The notes beneath the pieces are model-generated. The model saw only the letters and a program-made list of their open reading frames with translations, was not told the DNA's origin and did no database searches. A stretch of DNA of 64,000 nt from the NCBI GenBank assembly GCA_963695225.1, contig OY968762.1:2208001-2272000 (forward strand), given 5' to 3'. Below are positions 1 through 9,212 of the stretch, in pieces. This DNA is from Vulcanimicrobiota bacterium. Its GTDB lineage: Bacteria; Vulcanimicrobiota; Vulcanimicrobiia; Vulcanimicrobiales; Vulcanimicrobiaceae. A program made the translations under genes and the position numbers. Position 1 is the first letter of the stretch. Every line of letters starts with the position of its first letter.

Positions 1-1069
1 GTGCGAGCAAGTGCTGCGCGACACCGTTCGCAAGTTCTCCGCGCGCAACGGTACGGCGATCGTGATGGATCCGCAGACGGGCGAGATCCTCGCGCTCGCG
101 AACGCGCCCGATTACGACGTGCGCGATTTCAGACACGCGGCCCCGGAAACGCGGCGAGACCGGGGCGTGACGGACGTCTACGAACCGGGCTCGACGTTCA
201 AGCTGTTCACCGCCGCCGCCGCGCTCGAACGCGGCATCCCAGCGAACGCCCGTTTCCCGGCGCGCGACTCGCTCGCGATCGGCGGGCGCGTCATCCACAA
301 CGCGGAAGACGGGTTCATGGCCGGCACCGGCGGGACGGAGTCGATCGAAGACATCATCGCGTATTCGCACAACGTCGGCGCCGCGGAACTCGGGATCGCG
401 ACGGGGCGCGGCGCGCTGTACAAGACGATCCGCAGTTTCGGTTTCGGCGACGAGACGAACTCGGGGCTCCCCGGTGAGAGCGCCGGGATCGTCCCGCGCC
501 CCGCGGATTGGAGCGGGACGTCGCTCCCGACGATCGCGTTCGGGCACGGCGTCTCGACGACGCCGCTCGGGCTCGTGCGGGCCTATGCGGCGATTGCGAA
601 CGGAGGGATCCTCCTGCGCCCTCGCATCCTGGCGGCGATCCTCGATTCGGACGGCCACGTCGCCTATCGCTACGGCCGTGAGGTGGAGCATCGTGCGATC
701 TCGGAGCGGACGGCGGCCCAATTGCGCCGCTATCTGCGCGCGGTGGTCGTGCGCGGGACCGGAAATCCGACGGCACACGTCGATGGCTACACGACGGCCG
801 GGAAGACCGGGACGGCTCAGATAGCGGAAAACGGCCGGTACGTTCCCGGAGCCTACGTCGCGTCGTTCGTCGGGATGATTCCGGCCGAGGCGCCGAAGTT
901 CGTCATCCTCGTGAAGATCGAACGGCCGCGCGGCGCGATCTACGGGAGCGTCGTCGCGGCGCCCGCCTTCGCGAAGATCGCGCGCGCTGCGATGCTCCAT
1001 GCGGGCGTGCTCCCCGCCGAAAGCTCCCGCTTGGTTCGGACGGCCGGCGCGTCGAAACGAGCGTTATGA
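1..1069 (+). CDS. ftsI: Penicillin-binding protein 3 / FtsI-type transpeptidase (5'-truncated by window edge)
   Basis: YEPGSTFK (SxxK), SHN (SxN) and KTGT motifs; first gene of dcw cluster. Confidence 0.9.
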   Translation, partial: CEQVLRDTVRKFSARNGTAIVMDPQTGEILALANAPDYDVRDFRHAAPETRRDRGVTDVYEPGSTFKLFTAAAALERGIPANARFPARDSLAIGGRVIHNAEDGFMAGTGGTESIEDIIAYSHNVGAAELGIATGRGALYKTIRSFGFGDETNSGLPGESAGIVPRPADWSGTSLPTIAFGHGVSTTPLGLVRAYAAIANGGILLRPRILAAILDSDGHVAYRYGREVEHRAISERTAAQLRRYLRAVVVRGTGNPTAHVDGYTTAGKTGTAQIAENGRYVPGAYVASFVGMIPAEAPKFVILVKIERPRGAIYGSVVAAPAFAKIARAAMLHAGVLPAESSRLVRTAGASKRAL

Positions 1070-2550
1070 ACGATGCGCCCATTATGAGCGTCGCTCGATT
1101 GGTTTCCGGAATCGAAGGCGTTCGGATCGTCGGCCCGTCCGAACGGCCGGTCGCCGCGCTCGTCCACGATTCGCGGGCCGTCCGTCCGGGAAGCGCCTTC
1201 GTCGCGTTGCCCGGCACGCGCGTCGACGGGCACGAGTTCGTCGCGCAGGCGCTCGCCGCCGGCGCATCGACGATCGTCGTCGATGCCGCGCACGCGTCCC
1301 TAGCCGAACGTGCGGGCGACGCATATACGGGCGTCGTCGTCCCGGAGACCGGGCTCGCGCTCTCCCGCCTCGCGGCGACGTTCTACGGGAATCCCTCCGC
1401 GTCGCTCGACGTCGTGGGCGTGACTGGGACGAACGGGAAGACGACGACCGTCGCGCTGATCGCGGCGATCCTCGACGGTTCCGGCATCGCCGCCGGACGG
1501 ATCGGGACGCTCGGCGCCGAGTTCGGCGGGGAAGAACGGCCGCTCGCGAACACGACGCCGCTCGCCCTCGAATTGCAAGCCCTGCTCGCGGACATGCGCA
1601 GGCGGGGCGCGAGGGCCGTCGCGATGGAGGTCAGCTCGCACGCGCTCGCGCTCGGACGCGTCGCGGACGTCCGTTTCGCGTGCGCGGTGCTGACGAACGT
1701 CACGCGCGATCACCTCGATTTCCACGGCACGTTCGAGGCCTATGCGGCCGCGAAGCGGCGGCTGTTCGATACGGCGCAGTACGCGGTCGTCAATCGCGAC
1801 GATCCGGAGGGCGCGGCCTGGGGGCGCGCGCTCCCGGCCGAGCGCTGCACCACGTACGGGCTCGATACCGCCGCAGACATCCGCGCCGAACGCCTCGAGT
1901 CGACGCCGGGCGGCAGCACGTTTTTCGTGGACGGGCAGCGCTTCGTGATCCGCCTCCCGGGGCGCTTCAACGTCGCGAACGCGCTCGCCGCGATCGCCGT
2001 GGCGCGGCGCTTCGGCGTGGAAGATCGCGAGAGCGCGCGCGTCCTGGCCGCTTTCGAGCGCGTCCCGGGGCGCATGGAGCATTTCGCCGACGGCGGGCTC
2101 GACGTCATCGTCGATTACGCGCATACGCCCGACGCGCTCGCGAACGTCCTGCACGCCGCGCGCGAGGCGAGCCGGGGGCGCGTCGTCGTCGTCTTCGGCT
2201 GCGGCGGGGACCGCGATCGCGGGAAGCGCCCCGAGATGGGCCGCATCGCGACCGAACTCGCCGATCGCGCCATCGTGACGAGCGACAACCCGCGCGGGGA
2301 AGAGCCCCGAGCGATCATCGACGAGATCCTCGCCGGCTTCGTGCCGGACGATCGGACCGTCGTCGAACCCGACCGGCGGTCGGCGATCCGGCTCGCGATC
2401 TCCGAAGCGCGGCCCGGCGACGTCGTCGTCATCGCGGGGAAAGGGCACGAGACGTATCAGATCGAGGGCGGCGAGCGCCGTCACTTCGACGATCGCGAGG
2501 AAGCCGCGGCGGCGCTGCGCGCCCGCGCCCGCGCCGAGGAGCCGGCGTGA
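1066..2550 (+). CDS. murE: UDP-MurNAc-Ala-Glu:meso-DAP ligase
   Basis: GVTGTNGKTT, MEVSSHAL, NVTRDHLDFH, DYAHTPDAL, DNPR (DAP specificity), GKGHE. Confidence 0.96.
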   Translation: MNDAPIMSVARLVSGIEGVRIVGPSERPVAALVHDSRAVRPGSAFVALPGTRVDGHEFVAQALAAGASTIVVDAAHASLAERAGDAYTGVVVPETGLALSRLAATFYGNPSASLDVVGVTGTNGKTTTVALIAAILDGSGIAAGRIGTLGAEFGGEERPLANTTPLALELQALLADMRRRGARAVAMEVSSHALALGRVADVRFACAVLTNVTRDHLDFHGTFEAYAAAKRRLFDTAQYAVVNRDDPEGAAWGRALPAERCTTYGLDTAADIRAERLESTPGGSTFFVDGQRFVIRLPGRFNVANALAAIAVARRFGVEDRESARVLAAFERVPGRMEHFADGGLDVIVDYAHTPDALANVLHAAREASRGRVVVVFGCGGDRDRGKRPEMGRIATELADRAIVTSDNPRGEEPRAIIDEILAGFVPDDRTVVEPDRRSAIRLAISEARPGDVVVIAGKGHETYQIEGGERRHFDDREEAAAALRARARAEEPA

Positions 2551-3923
2551 GCGTCGGAACGAAAGAAGCGCTCGCCGCGACCGGAGCGCTGACGCTCGCA
2601 CCGGAGCGCTTGCCGCAGACCCTGCGCATCTCGACCGATACGCGCACGCTCCAGCCCGGGGAGACGTTTCTCGCGCTGCGCGGCCCGAACTTCGACGGAC
2701 ACCGCTTCGTGCGCGCCGCGCTCGAGCGGGGAGCGCTCGCGCTCGTCGTTTCGGAGCCGGAAGTCGTCCCCGCGGGGACTCCGGCGCTCGTCGTCCCCGA
2801 GACGACCGCCGCGTACCTCGCGTTCGCGGCGGCGGCCCGGCGCTCGCTGGACGCTCGCGTCGTCGCGATCACCGGGAGCACCGGGAAGACGACGACGCGC
2901 TCGCTGCTGGCGCAACTCGCCGACCGGGCGGGGCTCGGCCGCGTCGCGGCGACGCCGGCGAACGAAAACAACGAGATCGGCGTCAGCAAACTCTTCCTCT
3001 CGCTCGACGAGCGCACGAAGATCGTCGTCGCCGAATTCGGCTGCCGCAAATTCGGCGACATCGAGCCGCTCGTCGCGATCGCCGCGCCCGATATCGCGAT
3101 CCTCACGAACGTGGGAGACGCGCATCTCGAGATCATGGGCTCGCGCGAGCGCTTGATCGAGACGAAATTCGGAATCTTCGCCGGCGGCGCGCTCCCGATT
3201 CTCAACGCGAACGATCCGGTTTCACGCGCGCGCGCGCCGCAGCTCGCGCGCGAACCGCGCTGGTTCGCCGCGCTCGATTCCGTGACGGACGATCTGCCCG
3301 CCGGGGACGTGACGCTCGTCGGGAGCGATCGGGCGATCGTGCGCGGCGCCGCGGGGCGCATCGAGCTGCCGCTCGACGTCCGTTTGCCGGGCGCGCACAA
3401 TCGCGCGAATCTCGCAGCCGCGTTCGCCGCGGCGCTCGCGCTCGGAGCCGACCCGGCGTTGCTTTGCGAGATCGTGCCGCACCTCGCGCTCCCGGCGGGA
3501 CGGTACGAGCGCTCGCAGCTCGGGGCCTACGAGATCATCTTCGATGCGTACAACGCCTCGCCGGCGGGGACGATCGCGACGCTCGGCTCGTTTGCCCAGG
3601 AACGCGCCGCCCGGCGCATCGCCGTCTTGTCGAGCATGGCCGAGCTCGGCCCCGAGGCGCCGCAACTGCACGAGCGCGTCGGTGAAGCGGCCGCGCGTGC
3701 GGGTCTCGAACTGCTCTTCGTCGGCGGAGATTTCGCTGAGGAGCTGGCCCGCGGCGCGCGCGAGGCCGGCTTCGGCGGCGAGCGCATCCTGCGCTTCCGC
3801 GATAACGCGGCGGCCGCCGGCGCCCTGCGCGAACGGGTGATGCCCGGCGACCTGATCCTCTTCAAGGGCTCGCGCATGTATCGTCTCGAGGAGATCGTCC
3901 GTGCGTTGCGCGTCGATGGCTGA
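2547..3923 (+). CDS. murF: UDP-MurNAc-tripeptide:D-Ala-D-Ala ligase
   Basis: GTG start overlapping murE stop; ITGSTGKTTT, NNEIG, DAYNASP, MAELG, KGSR motifs. Confidence 0.93.
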   Translation: MSVGTKEALAATGALTLAPERLPQTLRISTDTRTLQPGETFLALRGPNFDGHRFVRAALERGALALVVSEPEVVPAGTPALVVPETTAAYLAFAAAARRSLDARVVAITGSTGKTTTRSLLAQLADRAGLGRVAATPANENNEIGVSKLFLSLDERTKIVVAEFGCRKFGDIEPLVAIAAPDIAILTNVGDAHLEIMGSRERLIETKFGIFAGGALPILNANDPVSRARAPQLAREPRWFAALDSVTDDLPAGDVTLVGSDRAIVRGAAGRIELPLDVRLPGAHNRANLAAAFAAALALGADPALLCEIVPHLALPAGRYERSQLGAYEIIFDAYNASPAGTIATLGSFAQERAARRIAVLSSMAELGPEAPQLHERVGEAAARAGLELLFVGGDFAEELARGAREAGFGGERILRFRDNAAAAGALRERVMPGDLILFKGSRMYRLEEIVRALRVDG

Positions 3924-4650
3924 GGCGGCCGTGAAGCTTCCATTGCGCGTCGTCGGCGCGCCGCTCGAAGGCCTGGGCGCGGAACGAGGCGTCGTCGCGT
4001 TGCCGGTCCGCACGCGCCTGATCGCGCGCGGCGACGATATTCCCGAGCTCGTCGCGCAGGCGGTCGCGGGGATCGCGCGTTCCGGCGACGTCGTGGCGGT
4101 CGCCGAGACGGCCGTCGCGATCGCTCAAGGGCGTCTCATCGCAGCGGAGACGGTGCGCCCCGGCAAGCTCGCGCTCTTCCTCGCGCCGAGGGCCGGCGCG
4201 GCTTCGACGGTCAACCAGCCCGAGTCGCTGCAGATCGTCATCGACAAGGTCGGCGCGCCGAAGGTGCTGTTCGCAGCGGCGCTGCAGGCGGCCGGGCGCT
4301 TCGTCGGGCGGCGTGGCGCGTTCTATCGCGTCCTCGGCGAGACGATAGCCGAAATCGACGGGTACACCGGGACGCTGCCGCCGTACGAGACGACGATCGT
4401 GCTCGGCCCCGAGGCCCCCGACCGCATAGCGACGGAGATCGCGGCGCGCCTGGGGACGCACGCGCTGATCGTCGATGCGAACGATCTCGGCATCGCGAAG
4501 GTCCTCGGCGCTTCGCCGGGTGTCGCGCGCGCGAATGCGGAGGCGGTGCTGCGCGCGAATCCGCACGGGAACGGCGACGAACAAACGCCGGTCGTCGTCT
4601 TGAAATGGCGCGGCTCCGGACCGAGCCCGCTCGAACGGCGCTCCGCATGA
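3916..4650 (+). CDS. CofE-like (F420-0:gamma-glutamyl ligase family) protein of unknown function
   Basis: GDVVAVAETAVAIAQGR, IDGYTGT, IVDANDLG, NPHGNGDEQTPVV resemble F420_ligase-family motifs; overlaps murF stop and mraY start. Confidence 0.75.
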   Translation: MAEAAVKLPLRVVGAPLEGLGAERGVVALPVRTRLIARGDDIPELVAQAVAGIARSGDVVAVAETAVAIAQGRLIAAETVRPGKLALFLAPRAGAASTVNQPESLQIVIDKVGAPKVLFAAALQAAGRFVGRRGAFYRVLGETIAEIDGYTGTLPPYETTIVLGPEAPDRIATEIAARLGTHALIVDANDLGIAKVLGASPGVARANAEAVLRANPHGNGDEQTPVVVLKWRGSGPSPLERRSA

Positions 4651-5594
4651 CGCCGTTCGTCTTGTTCGCGCTCGTGCTCGGCGGCACGCTCGCGCTCGGC
4701 CGTCCGATGATCGCCGCGTTGCGCGCGCTCTCCGTCCGTCAAACTGCGTACGAGGATGCGCCGAAATCGCACGCGAGCAAGAGCGGGACGCCGACGATGG
4801 GCGGCGTGCTTTTCCTTTTCGGCTTGCTCGCGACGCTCGCGCTGCGCCACGATACGGCGACCGTCGCGCTCGCGGTCCTCGGGCTCGGCTGCGGTGCGAT
4901 CGGCTTCTTCGACGATTACGCTGCGATCAAACGCGGGCGCAATCGCGGCTTGCGCGCGCGAGAGAAATTCGCCCTGACGGCGCTCGTCGGCATCGTCTTC
5001 CTTTTCCTCGTGCGCAACGAGCCGGCGGCGGCGAATGCGACGCTCTTGACGCTCGGCGGAAACGGGCTGACCGCACCTTCGTTCGTGTGGTATCCGCTCG
5101 CGCTCTTCGCGATCCTCGGGACGATCCACGCCGTCAACTTGACCGACGGGCTCGACGGGCTCGCCGCCGGCACGATCCTCCCGCCGCTCGCCGTCTTCGC
5201 GTGGCTCGGCTGGCGCGCCGGGACGGAGGGCGTCGTCCTCGTCGACGTCGCAACGGCAGCTTCGGTCCTCGGGTTTCTGGCATACAACCGCCATCCGGCG
5301 GCGGTCTTCATGGGCGACACCGGCTCGCTCGCGCTCGGCGGCGTGCTCGCGGGGAGCGCGATCCTCACGGGTTCGCTGCTCGTCCTCCCCTTGATCGGCG
5401 GCGTATTCTTAGCGGAGACGCTGTCGGTGATCGTCCAAGTCGCGTACTTCAAACGCACGCGGAAACGGATCTTTCGTATGAGTCCTCTCCACCATCATTT
5501 CGAACTCGGCGGGTGGCCTGAGACGACGGTGACGGCCAGGTTCTGGACGGCGTCGGCGCTCTGCTCCCTCGCCGGTGCGGTGCTCGTGCGATGA
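4647..5594 (+). CDS. mraY: Phospho-MurNAc-pentapeptide transferase
   Basis: KSGTPTMGG, GFFDDY, NLTDGLDGL, FMGDTGS, MSPLHHHFEL. Confidence 0.96.
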   Translation: MTPFVLFALVLGGTLALGRPMIAALRALSVRQTAYEDAPKSHASKSGTPTMGGVLFLFGLLATLALRHDTATVALAVLGLGCGAIGFFDDYAAIKRGRNRGLRAREKFALTALVGIVFLFLVRNEPAAANATLLTLGGNGLTAPSFVWYPLALFAILGTIHAVNLTDGLDGLAAGTILPPLAVFAWLGWRAGTEGVVLVDVATAASVLGFLAYNRHPAAVFMGDTGSLALGGVLAGSAILTGSLLVLPLIGGVFLAETLSVIVQVAYFKRTRKRIFRMSPLHHHFELGGWPETTVTARFWTASALCSLAGAVLVR

Positions 5595-6994
5595 GCGACG
5601 CATCCGGGACCTTCGACGCGCGCGAGCGCGTGCTCGTGATCGGGCTCGGACGGAGCGGCCTCGCGAGCGCCGCCGTCTTGCGCGAGCGCGGTGCCGCCGT
5701 CGTCGCGACCGACGACAAGCCGCTCGCGCAATTGAGCGAAGCGCTCGCATCGCTCGCCGAATGCGGCGCGCGTTTCGTCTCGCCCGACGAGCTCGAGGCC
5801 GAATTCGGCCAGCTCACGTCGGCCGTGCTCTCACCGGGAATACCGCTGACGAACCCGCTCGTGCGGCAGGTGCAGGAAGCGCGCATCCCCGTCTACAGCG
5901 AGATCGAAGTGGCCTATCGCATCGCGCGTGCGCCGATCGTCGCGCTCAGCGGAACGAAAGGGAAATCGACGACGACCGCATTGATCGGCGCGTTGTTTCG
6001 GCGCGCCGGGCTGACGACGTTCGTCGGCGGGAACATCGGGAACGCGCTCATCCGGGAGACGGCTCTCGCGGGGCCCGGCGATTGGGTCATCGCAGAGGTC
6101 AGCTCGTTCCAGCTCGAATCGATCCGCTCGTTCAAGCCGCGCATCTCGGCGCTCATCAACCTTTCGCCCGACCACCTCGACCGGTATCACTCGATGGAAG
6201 AGTACGCCGAAGCGAAGTTCCGTATCTTCGCAAATCAAGGCCCCGGGGATACGTTCGTCGGCAATCTCGACGACCCGTCGATCGCCGCGCTCGGGGAAGG
6301 CGAGACGGTCAAGCGCTTGCGCTGCCGCGCGCTCTGGTTCTCGCGCTCCGCGAAGCGCGGCGCGACGCTCTACGTGCGCAACGAGCGAATCGTCTACGCG
6401 CCGCCGAGCGGTGACCCGCGGCCGGTCGAGATCATGCCCGTTGCGGAAATCCCGCTGCTCGGCGAGCACAACGTCGACAACGTGCTCGCGGCGGTGCTCG
6501 TCGGGCTTGCGGCCGATCTCGGCCCCGAGGCGTTGCGCGCCGGCGTCCGCGAGTTCGCGCCGCTCGCGCACCGTCTGCAGCTCGTCGCGGAGATCGGCGG
6601 CGTGCGCTACGTCGACGATTCGAAGGCGACGAATCCAGGTTCCGTCATCGCTGCCTTGCAGGCATTCGATGCGCCGATCGTGCTGATCGCGGGCGGGAAG
6701 TCGAAGGGCACCGACTTCGGAGCTCTCGGCGTCGTCGCTTCGGAGCGCGCGAAGGCGGTCATCGTGATCGGCGAAGCAGCCGACGAGATCGCGAGCACCG
6801 TCGCCCGCGACAAGGTGCGGCGCGCGGGTTCGATGGCCGAGGCCGTCAAGATCGCGCGCGAGCTCGCGCGGGCGGGGGACGTCGTGTTGCTCTCGCCGGG
6901 TTGCGCTTCGTTCGACATGTTCGCTTCGGCCGAAGCGCGTGGTGAAGCGTTCGCGCTCGCCGTCGCGCCCGCGGAGGCCGCGCATGGAGCGTGA
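5591..6994 (+). CDS. murD: UDP-MurNAc-Ala:D-Glu ligase
   Basis: GLGRSG, GTKGKSTT, GGNIG, EVSSFQLE, DHLDRY, DDSKATN, SPGCASFDMF. Confidence 0.96.
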   Translation: MSDASGTFDARERVLVIGLGRSGLASAAVLRERGAAVVATDDKPLAQLSEALASLAECGARFVSPDELEAEFGQLTSAVLSPGIPLTNPLVRQVQEARIPVYSEIEVAYRIARAPIVALSGTKGKSTTTALIGALFRRAGLTTFVGGNIGNALIRETALAGPGDWVIAEVSSFQLESIRSFKPRISALINLSPDHLDRYHSMEEYAEAKFRIFANQGPGDTFVGNLDDPSIAALGEGETVKRLRCRALWFSRSAKRGATLYVRNERIVYAPPSGDPRPVEIMPVAEIPLLGEHNVDNVLAAVLVGLAADLGPEALRAGVREFAPLAHRLQLVAEIGGVRYVDDSKATNPGSVIAALQAFDAPIVLIAGGKSKGTDFGALGVVASERAKAVIVIGEAADEIASTVARDKVRRAGSMAEAVKIARELARAGDVVLLSPGCASFDMFASAEARGEAFALAVAPAEAAHGA

Positions 6995-8099
6995 CGAGGC
7001 GCCGCTGCGCGCGCCGGACGCGATGCTCGTCGCGGTCACGGCGGCGCTCGTCGCCATCGGGCTCGCGATGGTGTTCAGCGCGTCGAGCGTCACGGCGTAC
7101 ATGGACTATCACGATTCCCTGCACTTCCTCAAGCGGCAGGTCGCGTGGCTCGCCGTCGGGGGGCTCGCCGCGTTCGTCGCGTTTCGCTGCGATTACCGGC
7201 GGTTGAAACCGCTCGCGCCGCTCATGTTGCTGGCAAGCCTCGCCGGCTTGCTGCTCGTCTTCGTTCCGCACGTCGGCTTCGCGATGAACGGCGCGCGGCG
7301 CTGGCTCGGGGGCGGGCCGTTCGGCTTCCAACCTTCGGAGTTCACGAAGCTCGCGCTCGTCCTCTACCTCGCCTCGGCGCTCGCGTCGAAGGGCGAACGC
7401 ATCCGCTCCCTCGTGCAAGGGCTCTTCCCGCTCTGCTTCGTCTCGGGCGTGCTCTTCTTGCTCGTGCTCTTCGAGCCGGATCTCGGGACGGCGAGCCTGC
7501 TCGCGCTCACGACGGCGGCGATGCTGTTCGCCGCGGGCGCGCGGATCGTGCACCTCGTCTCGATCGGGCTGATGATGGTTCCTCCGCTCGTCATTTTCGT
7601 GTGCGCGAAATCCTACCGGCGCGATCGCATCCTCGCGTTCCTGGACCCGTGGAAGGATGCGCAGAATACGGGCTTTCACATCGTGCAGTCGCTGCTGGCG
7701 CTCGGCAGCGGCGGCCCGCTCGGCCTCGGGCTCGGCTTCTCGCGACAGAAGTTCGAGTACCTCCCCGAACAATACACGGACTTCATCTTCGCGATCCTGG
7801 GCGAAGAACTCGGCCTGATCGGAACGACCGCCGTTCTCGTGCTGTTCGTCCTGTTCGCGTATCGCGCGGTCAAGATCGCGCTCGGCGCGCAGGATCGTTT
7901 CGGCTTCTTCCTCGCGATCGGCTGCATGTCGATGATCGTGATCCAGGCGCTGATCAACATCGGCGTCGTCACCTCCTCGTGGCCGGTAACGGGCGTGCCG
8001 CTTCCGTTCATCTCGTTCGGCGGGAGCTCGCTCGTCGTCTGCCTGGTCGCCGTCGCGTTGCTCGTCAACGTCGGCCGGCACCAACGCGCGCCGACGTGA
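6984..8099 (+). CDS. ftsW: SEDS family peptidoglycan glycosyltransferase FtsW
   Basis: GARRW, FQPSEFTK, EPDLGT, LPEQYTDFIFAILGEELG, GVPLPFISFGGSS; dcw context. Confidence 0.93.
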   Translation: MERDEAPLRAPDAMLVAVTAALVAIGLAMVFSASSVTAYMDYHDSLHFLKRQVAWLAVGGLAAFVAFRCDYRRLKPLAPLMLLASLAGLLLVFVPHVGFAMNGARRWLGGGPFGFQPSEFTKLALVLYLASALASKGERIRSLVQGLFPLCFVSGVLFLLVLFEPDLGTASLLALTTAAMLFAAGARIVHLVSIGLMMVPPLVIFVCAKSYRRDRILAFLDPWKDAQNTGFHIVQSLLALGSGGPLGLGLGFSRQKFEYLPEQYTDFIFAILGEELGLIGTTAVLVLFVLFAYRAVKIALGAQDRFGFFLAIGCMSMIVIQALINIGVVTSSWPVTGVPLPFISFGGSSLVVCLVAVALLVNVGRHQRAPT

Positions 8100-9205
8100 G
8101 GCTCTTGCTGACGGGCGGCGGGACGGGCGGGCACATCTATCCGGCGCTCGCGATCGCCGAAATGCTCCGCGAAGAACCCCGGGCGCAGCCGTTCTCCGTG
8201 CAGTTCATCGGCACGAAGGACCGGCTGGAAGCTTCGCTCGTCCCCGACGCCGGCTTGCCGATCGCTTTCGTGCGCAGCAGGCCGCTCGTGCGGAAGTTTT
8301 CGTTCGCGTTTCTCGGAACGCTCGTGCAGAACGCGATCGGCACGGTGCAGGCCTGCACGACCATCGCTCGCGTGAAGCCGGATTGCGCGATCGCGACGGG
8401 CGGGTACGTCGCGTTCCCGGTCGTGTTGGCGACGCGCCTGCTGCGCGCGCTCGGGATCGTGCGCGCGCGCATCGCGCTCGTCGAACCGAACGCACGCGCC
8501 GGCCTGACGAACCGCGCCTTGATGCCGCTCGTCGACGAGATCTGGTACGGCTACGCGGGCCTCGGAGAACAGACCGACCGCACGTTCGTGACCGGGACTC
8601 CCGTGCGCCCGTCGTTCTTGCTCGCGGTGGGGCGAGCCGAGGCGCGGGCCGCGCTCGGGCTCGACCCGGGGCTTACGACGATCTTCGTGATGGGCGGGAG
8701 CCAAGGAGCGCAGCGCCTCAACCGCGCGGTCGCCGAAATGCTCGCGACGGAGACATTCCCCGCCGATTGGCAGATCGTCCACTTGACCGGCCCCACCGAT
8801 TCCGCTCCGCCCGTCCTCCCGCCGGCGCTCGCGTCGCGCGTGCTGACGCGTCCCTACCTTGCCGACCCGAGGGCGGCGTACGCGGCGGCGGATCTGATCG
8901 TCGCGCGCGCCGGCGCCTCGACGTTGGCCGAGATCGCCGCGACCGGGACGCCCTCGCTCCTCGTCCCGTACCCATACGCGACGGGCGACCACCAGACGCG
9001 CAATGCCGAGGTCTTCGTGCGGGCCGGCGCGGCCCTGCTCGTCCCGGATGCGGAGCTGGACGGGCCGCGCCTGCGGCGGGAGTTGGAGACCGCCCTCGCG
9101 CCCCAAACGCTCGCCGGGATGCGGGCCGCGGCCGGCGAACTCGCCCCGCGCGACTTGCGCGGGACGATCGTGGCTCGGGCGCTGGCGCTGGCGGGGCGCG
9201 GGTGA
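8096..9205 (+). CDS. murG: Lipid II GlcNAc transferase
   Basis: GGGTGGHIYP, GGYV, EPN, GGSQGA, RAGAST, HQTRNA. Confidence 0.96.
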   Translation: MRLLLTGGGTGGHIYPALAIAEMLREEPRAQPFSVQFIGTKDRLEASLVPDAGLPIAFVRSRPLVRKFSFAFLGTLVQNAIGTVQACTTIARVKPDCAIATGGYVAFPVVLATRLLRALGIVRARIALVEPNARAGLTNRALMPLVDEIWYGYAGLGEQTDRTFVTGTPVRPSFLLAVGRAEARAALGLDPGLTTIFVMGGSQGAQRLNRAVAEMLATETFPADWQIVHLTGPTDSAPPVLPPALASRVLTRPYLADPRAAYAAADLIVARAGASTLAEIAATGTPSLLVPYPYATGDHQTRNAEVFVRAGAALLVPDAELDGPRLRRELETALAPQTLAGMRAAAGELAPRDLRGTIVARALALAGRG

Positions 9206-9212
9206 TCCGGGT

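Noticed and set aside
999..2546. Apparent long N-terminal extensions or fusions in the ORF track (murF, also murG, murB, hisB, hisA, lon, NUDIX, cbaB)
   Set aside because: Extensions are off-frame read-through of the upstream gene; true starts overlap upstream stop codons
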